64,000 bases of DNA, from positions 864,001-928,000 of the forward strand of contig CAWGJT010000006.1 in assembly GCA_963822965.1 (NCBI GenBank). Direction: 5' to 3'. Shown here one piece after another: positions 27,143 through 38,282 of the stretch (its first letter is position 1; each line of letters opens with the position of its first letter). The translations under genes were made by a program, and so were the position numbers. The notes beneath the pieces were generated by a model. That model was not told the origin of the DNA, did not search any database, and saw only the letters and a list, made by a program, of their open reading frames with translations. Source of the DNA: an uncultured delta proteobacterium. Lineage in GTDB: Bacteria > Myxococcota_A > UBA9160 > UBA4427.

Positions 27143-28548
27143 CCGAGGGCGACGAAGCCTTCGTCGATCAGGTTCCGGAGCGCCGCGTAGATCTCCAGAT
27201 CCGGCTCGGGGATGATCTCCACCGCCTTGGCGACGGTCATCCCGACCGCCGCCAGGTCGAGGAGCGCCTCCTCGATCTTGCCCAGATCGCTGCGGTCGCC
27301 CGAGGCGCCGGGACGCACGACGAGGGTGGCTTCGGGCGTGATGGGGCCGCCGTCCACCGGCGCCGGATCGTCGCCCGGACCGAACACGTCGTCGAAGACG
27401 AGATCGCGCATGGAATCGTCGTCGGGCGGGCCCGCAGATCCCGGATCCACGGCCGCGTCGCCGGCGGATTCCCGTCGCTCCACCTCCGGCTCATCCAGCT
27501 CGAAATCGTCGAGGTCCACCAGCACGAGGTCGTCGGCGTCGTCCGCCCCCGCTGGGGCCGGCGCGGCCGGCGCAGGAGGCGTGACCCCGGCCGGCGTGCC
27601 GTCGCCCAACAGATCTCCGACCGAGACCGGCTCTCCGTTCACGAGGCTCTCGTCGGGCTGGGCCTCGAACTCGAAGAAGCCTCCCTCCCAGGTCAGGATG
27701 TCTTCCAGCGCCTGTCGACCCGTCGCGTATCCCACCTGCGCCCGCAGCCGACCGTGGTCGATGGTGACGTAGCCCTGCTCGTCGCCTCGGGTGAGCGTGA
27801 GCATGCCGATGGGCGCGCAGCTGCCGAACATGGTGAGCACGCTGCGGATGCCGAGATCGGCGATGGGGCCGTTGATGCCGCCCAGACGGCGGCTGTGCTC
27901 CAGCGTCCGCACGCGTTCGACGAACTCGGCCACCTCCGAGAGTCGCGCCTCGGGAACCCGGAACTCGATGCCCACGCAGCGCGCCCCGCCCGCTTCCACG
28001 TTCCGCGTCACGACGCCGCCCATCTTCATGCCGCCTTCGACGCCGGGGTGATCGATGCGCACGCTCACCTTCTGCCCGATGGGCGGCGGCGTCCCGGGGA
28101 GGAAGACCAGCATGCCCGACCGGCTGACGTTGCGGGTGTGTCCCTCGATCCAGGCGCCATCGACCTGCACCCGCGCCACGACGCGCGCGCGGAAGCGCGG
28201 TGCGATGCGGCGTCCCGTCCCCTGCAGCCGCTCATCGGCGGTCGCCGTCACCGGCCCCGTGAAGAGCTCGAGCTTCGAGCGCACCTCGCCGGCGTCGATC
28301 GTGAACTGGATCGCCACACCGGGCTGCGCCCCGGTCTCGGCCATCTCGGGCGGGATGCAGTGGACGACCTCGCCGGGCAGCACCACCGACTGGTCCCGGA
28401 AGGCGAGGACGAGCTCGACCTCGACGGTGTCGCGCACCTCGAGCAGCCGGCGGGTGGGGATGAAGATGCCGCCCTTCGCGATGTTCTGCGCGTACTCGCG
28501 CCGGAACGAGTCCTCCGTCCGGTACTCCACGCGCAGCTTCCGAGGCAC
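27139..28548 (-). CDS. Tandem PilZ-domain protein with DUF4388-like domain and acidic linker
   Basis: NIAKGGIFI...GEVVH; RRIAPR...NVSRSG; GMLTLTRG...ILTWEGGFFEF. Confidence 0.8.
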   Translation of the reverse strand: MPRKLRVEYRTEDSFRREYAQNIAKGGIFIPTRRLLEVRDTVEVELVLAFRDQSVVLPGEVVHCIPPEMAETGAQPGVAIQFTIDAGEVRSKLELFTGPVTATADERLQGTGRRIAPRFRARVVARVQVDGAWIEGHTRNVSRSGMLVFLPGTPPPIGQKVSVRIDHPGVEGGMKMGGVVTRNVEAGGARCVGIEFRVPEARLSEVAEFVERVRTLEHSRRLGGINGPIADLGIRSVLTMFGSCAPIGMLTLTRGDEQGYVTIDHGRLRAQVGYATGRQALEDILTWEGGFFEFEAQPDESLVNGEPVSVGDLLGDGTPAGVTPPAPAAPAPAGADDADDLVLVDLDDFELDEPEVERRESAGDAAVDPGSAGPPDDDSMRDLVFDDVFGPGDDPAPVDGGPITPEATLVVRPGASGDRSDLGKIEEALLDLAAVGMTVAKAVEIIPEPDLEIYAALRNLIDEGFVALG

Positions 28549-28766
28549 AGGTCCGCCCTCGGCCCATCGACGTTCCGGGCCTCTCGAATCCGTGAGAAAT
28601 CCTGGCCTCTCATCGGGTGGACGACGTCCGAACCTGACGGGTCGCGAAGGAGTGCGCGATGGCTCGCGGCCATGCGCAGCGGACGTGCAGGTGGCGCGCA
28701 GGGAGACCGGCTGGGGCCGGATTCCTCACAGGCCTGGTCAACCCCTGGCCACCGCGCGGGCGCCCA

Positions 28767-30176
28767 TCAAACGCGTTCGAGGTAGCGCGCGCGCTCGAAG
28801 TCCGTCACGGCCGTCAGGTGCGCCTGGTTCTCGGCGCGCGCGAAGTGAAGGAGGTGCGCCACCACGACCTGACCGAATGCGCGTTCGACGAACTCGCTGG
28901 CCTCGAAGGCCGCGATCGCCTCGGGCAGGCTCGCGGGGACCTGGGGCAGCGAGGCGGCCGCATAGCCGTCTCCCTCGAAGAGGGGGCCGGGGTCGCTCTG
29001 CTTCTCGATCCCGTCGAGCGCCGCAGCGATGAGCCCGGCATAGACCAGATAGGGATTCGCGTCGCCGCCCGGGATGCGGCACTCGATCCGCAGACCCGCC
29101 CCGTGGCCCACGACGCGGAAGCCGACGGTCCGGTTGTCGTAGCTCCAGGCGATGCACGTCGGCGCGAAGGTGCCGGCCACGTAGCGCTTGTAGGAGTTGG
29201 GGTTGGGGGCGAAGAGCATCGACAGGCTCCGCGCGTGCGCCAGCAGCCCGCCCACCGCGAAGCGGAAGGTGTCGGAGGGACGCGCCTGGGTGCCCGGGAT
29301 CGGATCGCCGCCGTCGCGCGAGAAGACCGAGCGACCCTGCGAGTCCGTGAAGCTCATGTGCACGTGCAGGCTGTTGCCGGCGTGGTGCGTGTCCCACTTC
29401 GCCATGAAGGTGAGGGCGGCGCCCTGTCGGGCGGCGATCTCCTTGGCGGCCAGCTTGTAGATCACGTGACGGTCGGCCATCTCGACGGCAGGCGCGTGGC
29501 GCAGGTTCAGCTCGTGCTGACCGGGGCTGGCCTCCCCCTTGCTGAACTCCACGGGAATGCCCGAGGCGTCGACCTCGCGTCGGAGGGCAGCGAGAACCGG
29601 CTCAGCGAAGCCGCCCGCCAGCAGGTGGTAGTCCTCGTTGTAGGCCTCGTGGGTGCGAAGCCCCTGGTAGCCCTTCTCCCGCGCCTCGTCGAAGGTCTCC
29701 CGAAACAGGAAGAACTCGAGCTCACTGGCCAGCTCCGGCGCGAAGCCCTTCGCCGCCGCGCGCTCGACCTGGCGCTTCAGGATCGTTCGCGGCGCCACGG
29801 CCACCGGCTCGTCGCGCTCCTCCTCCAGGGAGTCGCACAGCACGATGGCCGTCCGGTCGAGCCAGGCCGCCCGCCGCAGGGTGCCCAGGTCGGGAACCGC
29901 TCGCATGTCCCCGTAGCCCTTCGCCCAGCTCGTGAACGCGTAGCCGGGGGTCGGGTCCATCTCCATGTCGGACGCGTAGAGATAGTCGCAGGCGTGCATG
30001 CCGCCGCCGAGGATCTCGTCGAGGAAGAAGCGCGCGACGATGCGCTTGCCCATCAGACGCCCGTAGAGATCGGGAATGGCGGCGATCACCGTCTCGATCT
30101 CGCCGGCCTCGACCAGGCCCAGGAGATCCGCTCGATCCAGGAGCCCGTGGGTACCCGGGAGCTTCGAGCGCGTCAC
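28767..30176 (-). CDS. Glutamine synthetase-like gamma-glutamyl-amine ligase (PuuA/GlnA4-like)
   Basis: DLYGRLMGKR, ELEFFLF, GEASPGQHE, GNSLHVH, NSYKR, DNRTVGFR, IECRIPGGDANPY. GTGA-coupled to purF. Confidence 0.88.
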   Translation of the reverse strand: MTRSKLPGTHGLLDRADLLGLVEAGEIETVIAAIPDLYGRLMGKRIVARFFLDEILGGGMHACDYLYASDMEMDPTPGYAFTSWAKGYGDMRAVPDLGTLRRAAWLDRTAIVLCDSLEEERDEPVAVAPRTILKRQVERAAAKGFAPELASELEFFLFRETFDEAREKGYQGLRTHEAYNEDYHLLAGGFAEPVLAALRREVDASGIPVEFSKGEASPGQHELNLRHAPAVEMADRHVIYKLAAKEIAARQGAALTFMAKWDTHHAGNSLHVHMSFTDSQGRSVFSRDGGDPIPGTQARPSDTFRFAVGGLLAHARSLSMLFAPNPNSYKRYVAGTFAPTCIAWSYDNRTVGFRVVGHGAGLRIECRIPGGDANPYLVYAGLIAAALDGIEKQSDPGPLFEGDGYAAASLPQVPASLPEAIAAFEASEFVERAFGQVVVAHLLHFARAENQAHLTAVTDFERARYLERV

Positions 30177-31696
30177 GCCAGGTCGTCCGCCTCGTCGTCG
30201 AGCGACCGGAAGAGGGAGAGCTGCGGCACCGCGTCCTCCTCGCGCACCGGGACGGGGTACTCGAGCGAGAAGCAGGCGTCGCAGAAGCCCCGCTTGATCT
30301 GCGTGTTCGTGGTCTCGCGCAGCCCTGCGAGCGAGAGGTAGCCCAGGGAATCGGCTCCGATCAGCTTGCCGATCTCCTCGGGCGTGTGGCGGTGGGCGAC
30401 GAGCTCTTCCTGGTCCGGCGTGTCGATGCCATAGTGGCAGGGACCGACCGAGGGCGGCGACGAGATCCGCACGTGCACCTCGCGGGCGCCCGCCGAGCGC
30501 AGCATCGCCACGATCTTCATCAGCGTGGTGCCGCGGATGATCGAGTCGTCGACCAGCGCCACGCGCTTGCCCTCGAGGAAGCTTCGGATGGCGTTGTGCT
30601 TCACCTTGACCCGGAAGTCGCGGATGGACTGGGCGGGCTCGATGAACGAGCGCTGCACGTAGTGGTTCCGGATGAGCGCCGTCTCGTAGGGGATGCCCGA
30701 CTCCTCGGCGAAGCCCAGCGCCGCGGGCGTTCCGGAGTCGAGCACCGGCACCACCATGTCGGCGGAGGCGGGCTGCTCGCGCGCCAGCACGCGCCCCAGC
30801 TCCTTCCGGTAGGCGTAGACGTTGTGGCGCATGAGGTTCGAATCGGGACGCGAGAAGTAGATGTATTCGAAGACGCAGAACGTCTCGCGCACGTCCCGGC
30901 GGAAGGGGCGCAGGCTGCGCAGGCGACCGCGCCGGATCACCACCACCTCGCCCGGCTCGATGTCGCGCTCGAAAGTCGCGCCGATCAGGTCGAGTGCACA
31001 GGTCTCGCTCGCGACGACGTAGGAGCTGCCGAGACGGCCGAGGCTGAGGGGCCGGAAGCCGTTCGGATCCCGCGCGGCGATCAGGCTCTCGTCGGTGAGC
31101 ATCACGATGCTGAAGGCACCCTTCACCCGGGAGAGCGCGTCGATCAGACGATCCTCGAGGGCCTTCTCCCGGGACCTTGCGAGCAGGTGCAGGATGACCT
31201 CGCTGTCGTTGCTCGACGAGAAGATCGCACCACGCCCCTCGAGCTCGCGCCGGATCGCTCCCGCGTTGACGAGGTTGCCGTTGTGGGCGATCGAGACGGG
31301 CCCCCCGTCGGTGTTCGCGCAGATCGGCTGGGCATTGCGGAGATGGCTCTCGCCGGCGGTCGAGTAGCGCACGTGCCCGATGGCGTGACGCCCGTCGATG
31401 CGCGCCAGGATCTTCTCGTTGAAGGTCTCCGCGACGAGGCCCATCGCCCGGTGTGCGGTGTGCTCCTTGCCGTTGGAGGCGACGATGCCGCAGCTCTCCT
31501 GGCCGCGATGTTGCAAGGCGTAGAGTCCGAGGTAGACGATGTGGGGTGCTTCGTCGTGGCCCTGGATGCCAAAGACCCCGCACTCGTCGTGGAAGCGGTC
31601 GGCTTCGTGCGCGACCCGCAGCTCCTCGAGCTCGTCCGGCGTGAGGCGCAGGAAGGAAGAGGGCTCCGAGGGATCGCCTTGGGGGACCGTCATCAC
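30173..31696 (-). CDS. purF: Amidophosphoribosyltransferase (propeptide and Fe-S type)
   Basis: [37 protein letters not shown]; Cys motifs FCVFE, PCHYG, CDAC. Confidence 0.97.
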   Translation of the reverse strand: MMTVPQGDPSEPSSFLRLTPDELEELRVAHEADRFHDECGVFGIQGHDEAPHIVYLGLYALQHRGQESCGIVASNGKEHTAHRAMGLVAETFNEKILARIDGRHAIGHVRYSTAGESHLRNAQPICANTDGGPVSIAHNGNLVNAGAIRRELEGRGAIFSSSNDSEVILHLLARSREKALEDRLIDALSRVKGAFSIVMLTDESLIAARDPNGFRPLSLGRLGSSYVVASETCALDLIGATFERDIEPGEVVVIRRGRLRSLRPFRRDVRETFCVFEYIYFSRPDSNLMRHNVYAYRKELGRVLAREQPASADMVVPVLDSGTPAALGFAEESGIPYETALIRNHYVQRSFIEPAQSIRDFRVKVKHNAIRSFLEGKRVALVDDSIIRGTTLMKIVAMLRSAGAREVHVRISSPPSVGPCHYGIDTPDQEELVAHRHTPEEIGKLIGADSLGYLSLAGLRETTNTQIKRGFCDACFSLEYPVPVREEDAVPQLSLFRSLDDEADDLA

Positions 31697-31869
31697 GACT
31701 CCGGACTGCGCTGGGCAGGCAGCCCGACGCAGCGCCGGGCAGGGCGGAGTCTACCGGGCGGCAGCCCGGCGGTCAACGCGCGAGGATGGCGCAACACTGC
31801 GGCCCACAAAGGAAAATTCGCGCACCGGCAGAGCCGGAAGCGGCCCACCCGGGGGCGCGCCCGGGGGGC

Positions 31870-32262
31870 TCAGCGGGGGTCCCAGCGCGATCGGAACTCC
31901 GCCTCGAGGGGCGGCCGCGAGGCCGGCGGTGGAGGGGGCTGCCGGCTCGCATGGCGGGCCTCCCAGAGGCGGACCACCGCCCCGACGACGGTTCCCACCG
32001 GCAGGAACTCGGTGAACGGCATCGTGCAGTAGACGCCGGCGACCAGCGCGTAGCCCAGGCGTCGCGGGCGCGGGACGCCGAGGCTCGCGGCCAGCAGCCA
32101 GCCGGCGGCCCCGCCCAGGACCAGGCCGGCCCAGATCCCGAGCGGACCGTAGGTGGCGAGGTCGACGAGATCGAGCAGGAAGCCTGCCGCGATGGGTCCC
32201 AGCACCGACGCATGAGACGTCGTTTCGGGACCCGGACCCGCCGATCGAGGAGCGCCGTGCAT
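31870..32262 (-). CDS. Small hypothetical membrane protein (start uncertain)
   Basis: Hydrophobic segments [25 protein letters not shown] and [17 protein letters not shown]; fills the purF-purC gap. Confidence 0.6.
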   Translation of the reverse strand: MHGAPRSAGPGPETTSHASVLGPIAAGFLLDLVDLATYGPLGIWAGLVLGGAAGWLLAASLGVPRPRRLGYALVAGVYCTMPFTEFLPVGTVVGAVVRLWEARHASRQPPPPPASRPPLEAEFRSRWDPR

Positions 32263-32340
32263 CCGGCCAGTCTAGCGCCCGACTGCACCCGTCCTCCCGT
32301 CGGGCTGGTAGACTCCCGCGCTCGAGCCCGGGAGGTGGCC

Positions 32341-33306
<966 letters not shown>

Positions 33307-33607
33307 CACGCCGAAGTAAAATCACCACATTTCAGCGATCCGACTGAACGCGGATCGACGCAAAAAAGCCGCGCCCCGTCCGGGCGTCGCGCGGGTCCTG
33401 TGCGGATTCACGCCCACCTGACCGGGAAGCCACACTCCGCTGCTTCCCAAGGCAGCTTCCTCGGGTAGACTCCCGCCGCTCCCCAGCATTCGAAATGTGC
33501 ATGGTGCGCCCGTGCTTTGGGCAACCCAGGGAGTCCAATCGCACAGATCTGGGCACCTCCAGGCCCACACGAGCCGCGTGGATCACGGCTTCGTGTGGCG
33601 GGCGCAG

Positions 33608-33623
33608 CGGCACGCGGATTGCT
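33608..33623 (+). promoter_or_regulatory. Sigma54 (-24/-12) promoter
   Basis: CGGCACGCGGATTGCT = GG-N10-GC, matching the TGGCACG-N4-TTGC consensus, 48 nt upstream of the porin ATG. Confidence 0.7.
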
Positions 33624-33671
33624 CTGGCCAGTCGCCGGATCAATCCTGAATCCCGAGGAGACCTTCAACCC

Positions 33672-34964
33672 ATGCGTTCCATCATCAAGGGACTGGCGAT
33701 GGCGTCGGCCGGAGTCGCAATGTTTGCGATGCCCGCAGCCGCAGCCGAAACCCAAGACGATCTACGAGAGATGCGTGAGCTGGTGCTGAAGCTTCAGGAC
33801 CAGATGCAGGCGCAGCAGAAGCAGATCGACGAGCAGCAGGGCGTGATCAAGGAAGCCGGGCTCGAAGACGACGAGCGCGGCTCCGGTTCCGGGCTCTCGT
33901 CCTTCCTGGAGTCCACGGACTTCAGCGGCTGGGTGGCGGCCAGCTACTTCTGGAACTTCAACAACCCGCGCAAGCCGACCGCCGGGGGCAATGCCGCCTA
34001 CTCCAACCCGTTCCATCCGGATCACAACTCCTTCCAGTTCGACGAGGCGTGGTTCGTGATCGACCGGGAGGCGACGGAGGAGAGCCCGGCGGGCTTCCAC
34101 TTCGAGATGACCTACGGCGCCACGGCCACGACGCTCTCGGAGACCTCCAACTCCGGCCGCTTCACGGCGTTCGGTGACGGGACGGGCAACCAGAACGGCA
34201 ACGACATCTGGGTCGTGTCCGCCAACGTCTCCTACCTGACGCCCTGGGGCCAGGAGATCACCGCGGGCAAGTTCGGCACCCTCATCGGTTACGAGGTGGC
34301 GGGAGCGCCGAACAACGTGAACATCACGCGTGGCTTCATGTACAACAACTTCCAGCCGTTCTCCCAGACGGGCGTGCTGGTGGGGCAGGACTTCGACAAC
34401 GGCTTCACCATGACGGTGGGCGCGGTCAACGGCCTCAGCAACCAGCAGTTCGACACCAACATGAGCAAGGGCGTCATGTGGCAGGCGGGCTGGGGGAACG
34501 ACAACGCGACGTTCCTCTTCAACGGCATGTACGACGCCGACCTGGAGGGCCAGGGAGACGATCTCGTCATCCTCGACGCCGTCGTCGAGCTGACCCCGAA
34601 CGACGACCTGCTGCTGTGGTTCAACTACGACTACTTCTACGTGGACGACAACGGTGGGTCGGACTTCACGGCCAACGGCTTCGCGCTGGGCGGCCGGCAG
34701 GCCCTGACGGACAAGCTGGGGCTCGGGGGGCGCTTCGAGTACGCGCACCTCAACAACCTGAACGGCGACGACAACGGCGACCTGTTCTCCTGGACGTCGA
34801 CGGTGGACTACGCGCTCACCGACAACCTGACCTGGAAGGTCGAGTACAAGTACGAGGCCAGCGACGACCTGGCCGACGCGTTCCGGAAGGGCAACGGCAG
34901 CCCGACGCCGAAGTTCGCCGACGACGCGCACTACATCGGGACCCAGCTCTACTACGAGTTCTAG
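33672..34964 (+). CDS. Outer membrane beta-barrel porin (BBP2/DUF1597-like) with N-terminal coiled coil
   Basis: GAGGAG RBS, signal peptide, Gln-rich coiled coil, GKFGTLIGYE, PFSQTG, terminal YYEF. Confidence 0.8.
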   Translation: MRSIIKGLAMASAGVAMFAMPAAAAETQDDLREMRELVLKLQDQMQAQQKQIDEQQGVIKEAGLEDDERGSGSGLSSFLESTDFSGWVAASYFWNFNNPRKPTAGGNAAYSNPFHPDHNSFQFDEAWFVIDREATEESPAGFHFEMTYGATATTLSETSNSGRFTAFGDGTGNQNGNDIWVVSANVSYLTPWGQEITAGKFGTLIGYEVAGAPNNVNITRGFMYNNFQPFSQTGVLVGQDFDNGFTMTVGAVNGLSNQQFDTNMSKGVMWQAGWGNDNATFLFNGMYDADLEGQGDDLVILDAVVELTPNDDLLLWFNYDYFYVDDNGGSDFTANGFALGGRQALTDKLGLGGRFEYAHLNNLNGDDNGDLFSWTSTVDYALTDNLTWKVEYKYEASDDLADAFRKGNGSPTPKFADDAHYIGTQLYYEF

Positions 34965-34985
34965 CTCCGGTCCCACCCGTACCCA

Positions 34986-35025
34986 AGAGGGGCGCGGCGC
35001 CACCCGGCGCCGCGCCCCTTCTTTG
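34986..35025 (+). terminator. Intrinsic terminator
   Basis: GGGGCGCGGCGCC-accc-GGCGCCGCGCCCC followed by TTCTTT. Confidence 0.8.
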
Positions 35026-35084
35026 TGCTACAAGGAGCACGCTCCGAAGCCCCCTCCTGGGCCCTGCCGTCGGCGGTCTCCGCG

Positions 35085-36764
35085 ATGCCCCTGCTCCCTC
35101 CGGCCCTCGAGCCCAAGCTCCTCACCGTGCTCCGCGAGGGATACGGGCTCCGGGACCTGGGCCGCGACGCGCTTGCCGGGGTGGTGGTGGGGATCGTCGC
35201 CCTCCCCCTGGCCATCGCCTTCGCCATCGCCTCGGGCGTGCGCCCCGAGCAGGGCCTGTACACCGCCATCGTCGCGGGTGCCCTGATCTCCACGTTCGGC
35301 GGCAGCCGGGTGCAGATCGGCGGCCCGACCGGCGCCTTCGTGATCATCGTGGCCGGGATCGTGGCCGAGTTCGGCTACGCCGGGCTGGCGGTCGCCACGG
35401 TGATGGCGGGCTGCCTGCTGGTGGTGATGGCCGTGGCCCGGCTCGGCGACGTGATCCGCTTCATCCCCTACCCGGTCACCGTCGGCTTCACGACGGGGAT
35501 CGCCCTGATCATCGCCGTGGGGCAGGTGGGGGACGCCCTGGGGCTCGAGATCGAGAAGCTGCCGGCGGACTTCCTCGAGCGCGGGGTCGTGTACGCGACC
35601 CACGCGTCGACCGCCGACCCCGCGACCTTCGGGATCTTCGCGCTCACCATCGCGATCATCCAGCTGTGGCCCCGGGTCACGAGCCGCATCCCGGGCCCGC
35701 TGGTGGCGCTCGTCGTCACCACGCTCGGGGTCCAGGGCCTGGGCCTCGACGTCGCGACCATCCAGGGGCGCTTCGGCGGCGTCCCCTCCACCCTGCCCTC
35801 GTTTCATGCCCTGGAGGTTGACTGGGCGCTGGTCCCGAAGCTGGCCTCTCCGGCCCTCACCATCGCCCTGCTCGCGGCCATCGAGTCCCTGCTCAGCGCC
35901 GTGGTGGCGGACGGGTTGATCGGCGGCCGCCACCGCTCCAACGCCGAGCTCCTGGGACAGGGGATCGCGAACATCGCATCGCCCTTCTTCGGGGGCATTC
36001 CCGCCACGGGCGCCATCGCGCGCACCGCGACGAACATCCGCAACGGCGGCCGGAGCCCGGTCGCGGGGATCGTCCACGCGCTCACCCTCATGGGCATTTT
36101 GCTCGTGGCGGGAGGCTGGGCGTCTCGGATCCCGATGGCGACGCTGGCGGGCATCCTGATGGTGGTCGCCTACAACATGAGCGAGTGGCACGTCTTCCTG
36201 CGCCTGCTGCGCGGCCCGCGCAGCGACGTGCTGGTGCTGCTCACGACCTTCGTGCTGACGGTGGCCGTCGACCTGACCGTGGCCATCCAGGCCGGGGTCG
36301 TGCTGGCCGCCCTGCTTCTCATGCGCCGAATGGCCGAGGTGACCCAGGTGCGGGCGATCCGCGACGTGCTCGAGTACGAGACGGCCGAGCTCGCCGAGAA
36401 CGGGATCGCCGAGGTCCCGGACGACGTCGAGGTGTTCGAGATCAACGGCTCGTTCTGCTTTGGGGCGGCGGCCAAGTTCACCGAGACCCTGCTCTCGACG
36501 TCGGGCACGCCCCGGGTGGTGATCCTGCGCATGCGCCACGTGCTGGCGATGGACGCCACCGGCCTGGAGGCGCTCGAGGGCGTCGCCATCCGCCTCCGGC
36601 GGCGCGGCGCGCACCTGCTGCTCTCGGGCATCCACGCCCAGCCGCTCATCGCCCTGGAACGCAGCGGCGCCCTGGAGCGCATCGGCCCGGAGAACGTGCT
36701 GGGCAGCTTCGCCGAAGCGCTCGCACGGGCGCGGACCCTGCGCGACGGCGCGTCGGCCGACTGA
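35085..36764 (+). CDS. SulP/SLC26 anion transporter with STAS domain
   Basis: AGVVVGIVALPLAIAF, GGSRVQIGGPTGAF, IESLLSA, TGAIART, ILRMRHVLAMDATG. Confidence 0.95.
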   Translation: MPLLPPALEPKLLTVLREGYGLRDLGRDALAGVVVGIVALPLAIAFAIASGVRPEQGLYTAIVAGALISTFGGSRVQIGGPTGAFVIIVAGIVAEFGYAGLAVATVMAGCLLVVMAVARLGDVIRFIPYPVTVGFTTGIALIIAVGQVGDALGLEIEKLPADFLERGVVYATHASTADPATFGIFALTIAIIQLWPRVTSRIPGPLVALVVTTLGVQGLGLDVATIQGRFGGVPSTLPSFHALEVDWALVPKLASPALTIALLAAIESLLSAVVADGLIGGRHRSNAELLGQGIANIASPFFGGIPATGAIARTATNIRNGGRSPVAGIVHALTLMGILLVAGGWASRIPMATLAGILMVVAYNMSEWHVFLRLLRGPRSDVLVLLTTFVLTVAVDLTVAIQAGVVLAALLLMRRMAEVTQVRAIRDVLEYETAELAENGIAEVPDDVEVFEINGSFCFGAAAKFTETLLSTSGTPRVVILRMRHVLAMDATGLEALEGVAIRLRRRGAHLLLSGIHAQPLIALERSGALERIGPENVLGSFAEALARARTLRDGASAD

Positions 36765-36771
36765 CGCGGGC

Positions 36772-37782
36772 TCAGGTCAGCCGGAGGAAGCAGTAGCCGA
36801 GCAGCATGTAGTGCATCACGGGCACCGCGAGGAGCGGGGAGTCGATGCGGTCCAGCACGCCGCCCATCCCCGGCAGCAGCGAGCCCGCATCCTTGATCTG
36901 CGCGTCCCGCTTCAGCAGGGATTCCACCAGGTCGCCCACGATTCCGACGATCGCCAGCACGATGCCGAAGCACACGACCCCGGTCCAGTCCAGGCTCACG
37001 GACATCTCCGGCCAGAACTGGTCGAAGAGCCCCTTGCACACCAGCCCCGCCACGGTGCCCCACACGATGCCGCCGATGGCGCCCTCCACGGACTTGCCGG
37101 GGCTCACCTGGGGCGCGAGCTTGTGGCGGCCGTAGGCGCGGCCCGCGAAGTAGGCGCCCGCATCGCAGTTGATCACCACGGTCAAGGTGAAGACGAAGAA
37201 GAAGATGCCCGAATCGGGGGTCAGCCCCAGGGCGCGGACGTCGGCGGCATCGTAGTGCGAGAGCGCCACGTAGTAGAAGCGGCGCAGCACCACCGCGTGG
37301 GAGAGCAGCCAGCCCACGTAGAAGACGCCGAAGAAGGTGCCGGAGAGGCTGGCCAGGGCCTCGGTGATGTTGCGCTTGCGCAGCTGGGCCACCATCAAGA
37401 CCAGCAGGGACGCCGTCATCAGCAGGGTGGCGTGGTACTCGTTGCCCACGTAGGCGACCACGGGAAGCGAGCCACCGGCGGCCAGGCCCAGGCTCCACAG
37501 GGGCCGGGCTCCCTTCTCCTCGATCAGGCGGTAGAACTCGCGTTGGCCGAGCAGAACGAAGGCCACCACCACGCCGAGGTAGAGCAGGCCCCCCTGGACG
37601 ATCACGTAGAGGATCGCCGGCACCAGCACCGCTGCCGTGAGGATGCGCGTGAGGGTCTCGCTCATCCCCTTGCGCCCGTCGTCCTCGGGCAGGGGGCTGG
37701 GGGGCCTGGGGTGCAGGGGCTCGGAAGAGCCGGGCGCGGCCTCCGGCTCGTCGTGGACCTGCGGTGTCTCGGGCTCGGTCAA
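36772..37782 (-). CDS. cdsA: Phosphatidate cytidylyltransferase
   Basis: DAGAYFAG, HKLAPQVSPGKSVEG, GDLVESLLKRDAQIKDAGSLLPGMGGVLDRIDS. Confidence 0.95.
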   Translation of the reverse strand: MTEPETPQVHDEPEAAPGSSEPLHPRPPSPLPEDDGRKGMSETLTRILTAAVLVPAILYVIVQGGLLYLGVVVAFVLLGQREFYRLIEEKGARPLWSLGLAAGGSLPVVAYVGNEYHATLLMTASLLVLMVAQLRKRNITEALASLSGTFFGVFYVGWLLSHAVVLRRFYYVALSHYDAADVRALGLTPDSGIFFFVFTLTVVINCDAGAYFAGRAYGRHKLAPQVSPGKSVEGAIGGIVWGTVAGLVCKGLFDQFWPEMSVSLDWTGVVCFGIVLAIVGIVGDLVESLLKRDAQIKDAGSLLPGMGGVLDRIDSPLLAVPVMHYMLLGYCFLRLT

Positions 37783-37817
37783 GACGGACTCACCTCCCCC
37801 CGCAACGCTACCCCGAC

Positions 37818-38282
37818 TCAGCTCGATCGGCCGGTGTGCCCGAAGCCGCCGGAACCCCGAGCCGTATCGTCGAGGTCTTCCACCTCGTCCCAGGCGACGG
37901 CGGCCACGGGCGCGACCACCAGCTGGGCGATGCGGTCTCCCCGCTGGATGCGGAACGGCTCGTCGCCGGCGTTCATCAGGATCACCCCGATCTCCCCGCG
38001 ATAGTCGGCGTCGATGGTCCCGGGTGCGTTGGGCAGCAGGATGCCATGGCGCAGGGCCAGACCGCTGCGCGGGCGCACCTGCGCCTCGTAGCCTTCGGGC
38101 AGCGCGATGGCGAAGCCCGTCGGCACGAGCTCGCGCTGGCCGGGGGCCAGCACGAGCTCGTCCTCGACGGCTGCGGCCAGGTCGCAGCCGGCGGCTGCGA
38201 CCGTGGCCGGCGCGGGAACCGGCAGCCCGGCACCGTTCGCGAGCCGCCGGAGGCGGACGCGAACGGGTCGGGGCGCTGTCAC
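37818..38282 (-). CDS. dut: dUTP diphosphatase
   Basis: [38 protein letters not shown]. Confidence 0.96.
   Translation of the reverse strand: MTAPRPVRVRLRRLANGAGLPVPAPATVAAAGCDLAAAVEDELVLAPGQRELVPTGFAIALPEGYEAQVRPRSGLALRHGILLPNAPGTIDADYRGEIGVILMNAGDEPFRIQRGDRIAQLVVAPVAAVAWDEVEDLDDTARGSGGFGHTGRSS

Noticed and set aside
28767..31583. 938-aa PurF-GS fusion
   Set aside because: The upstream part is an off-frame read-through of purF; the GS-like gene starts at 30176.
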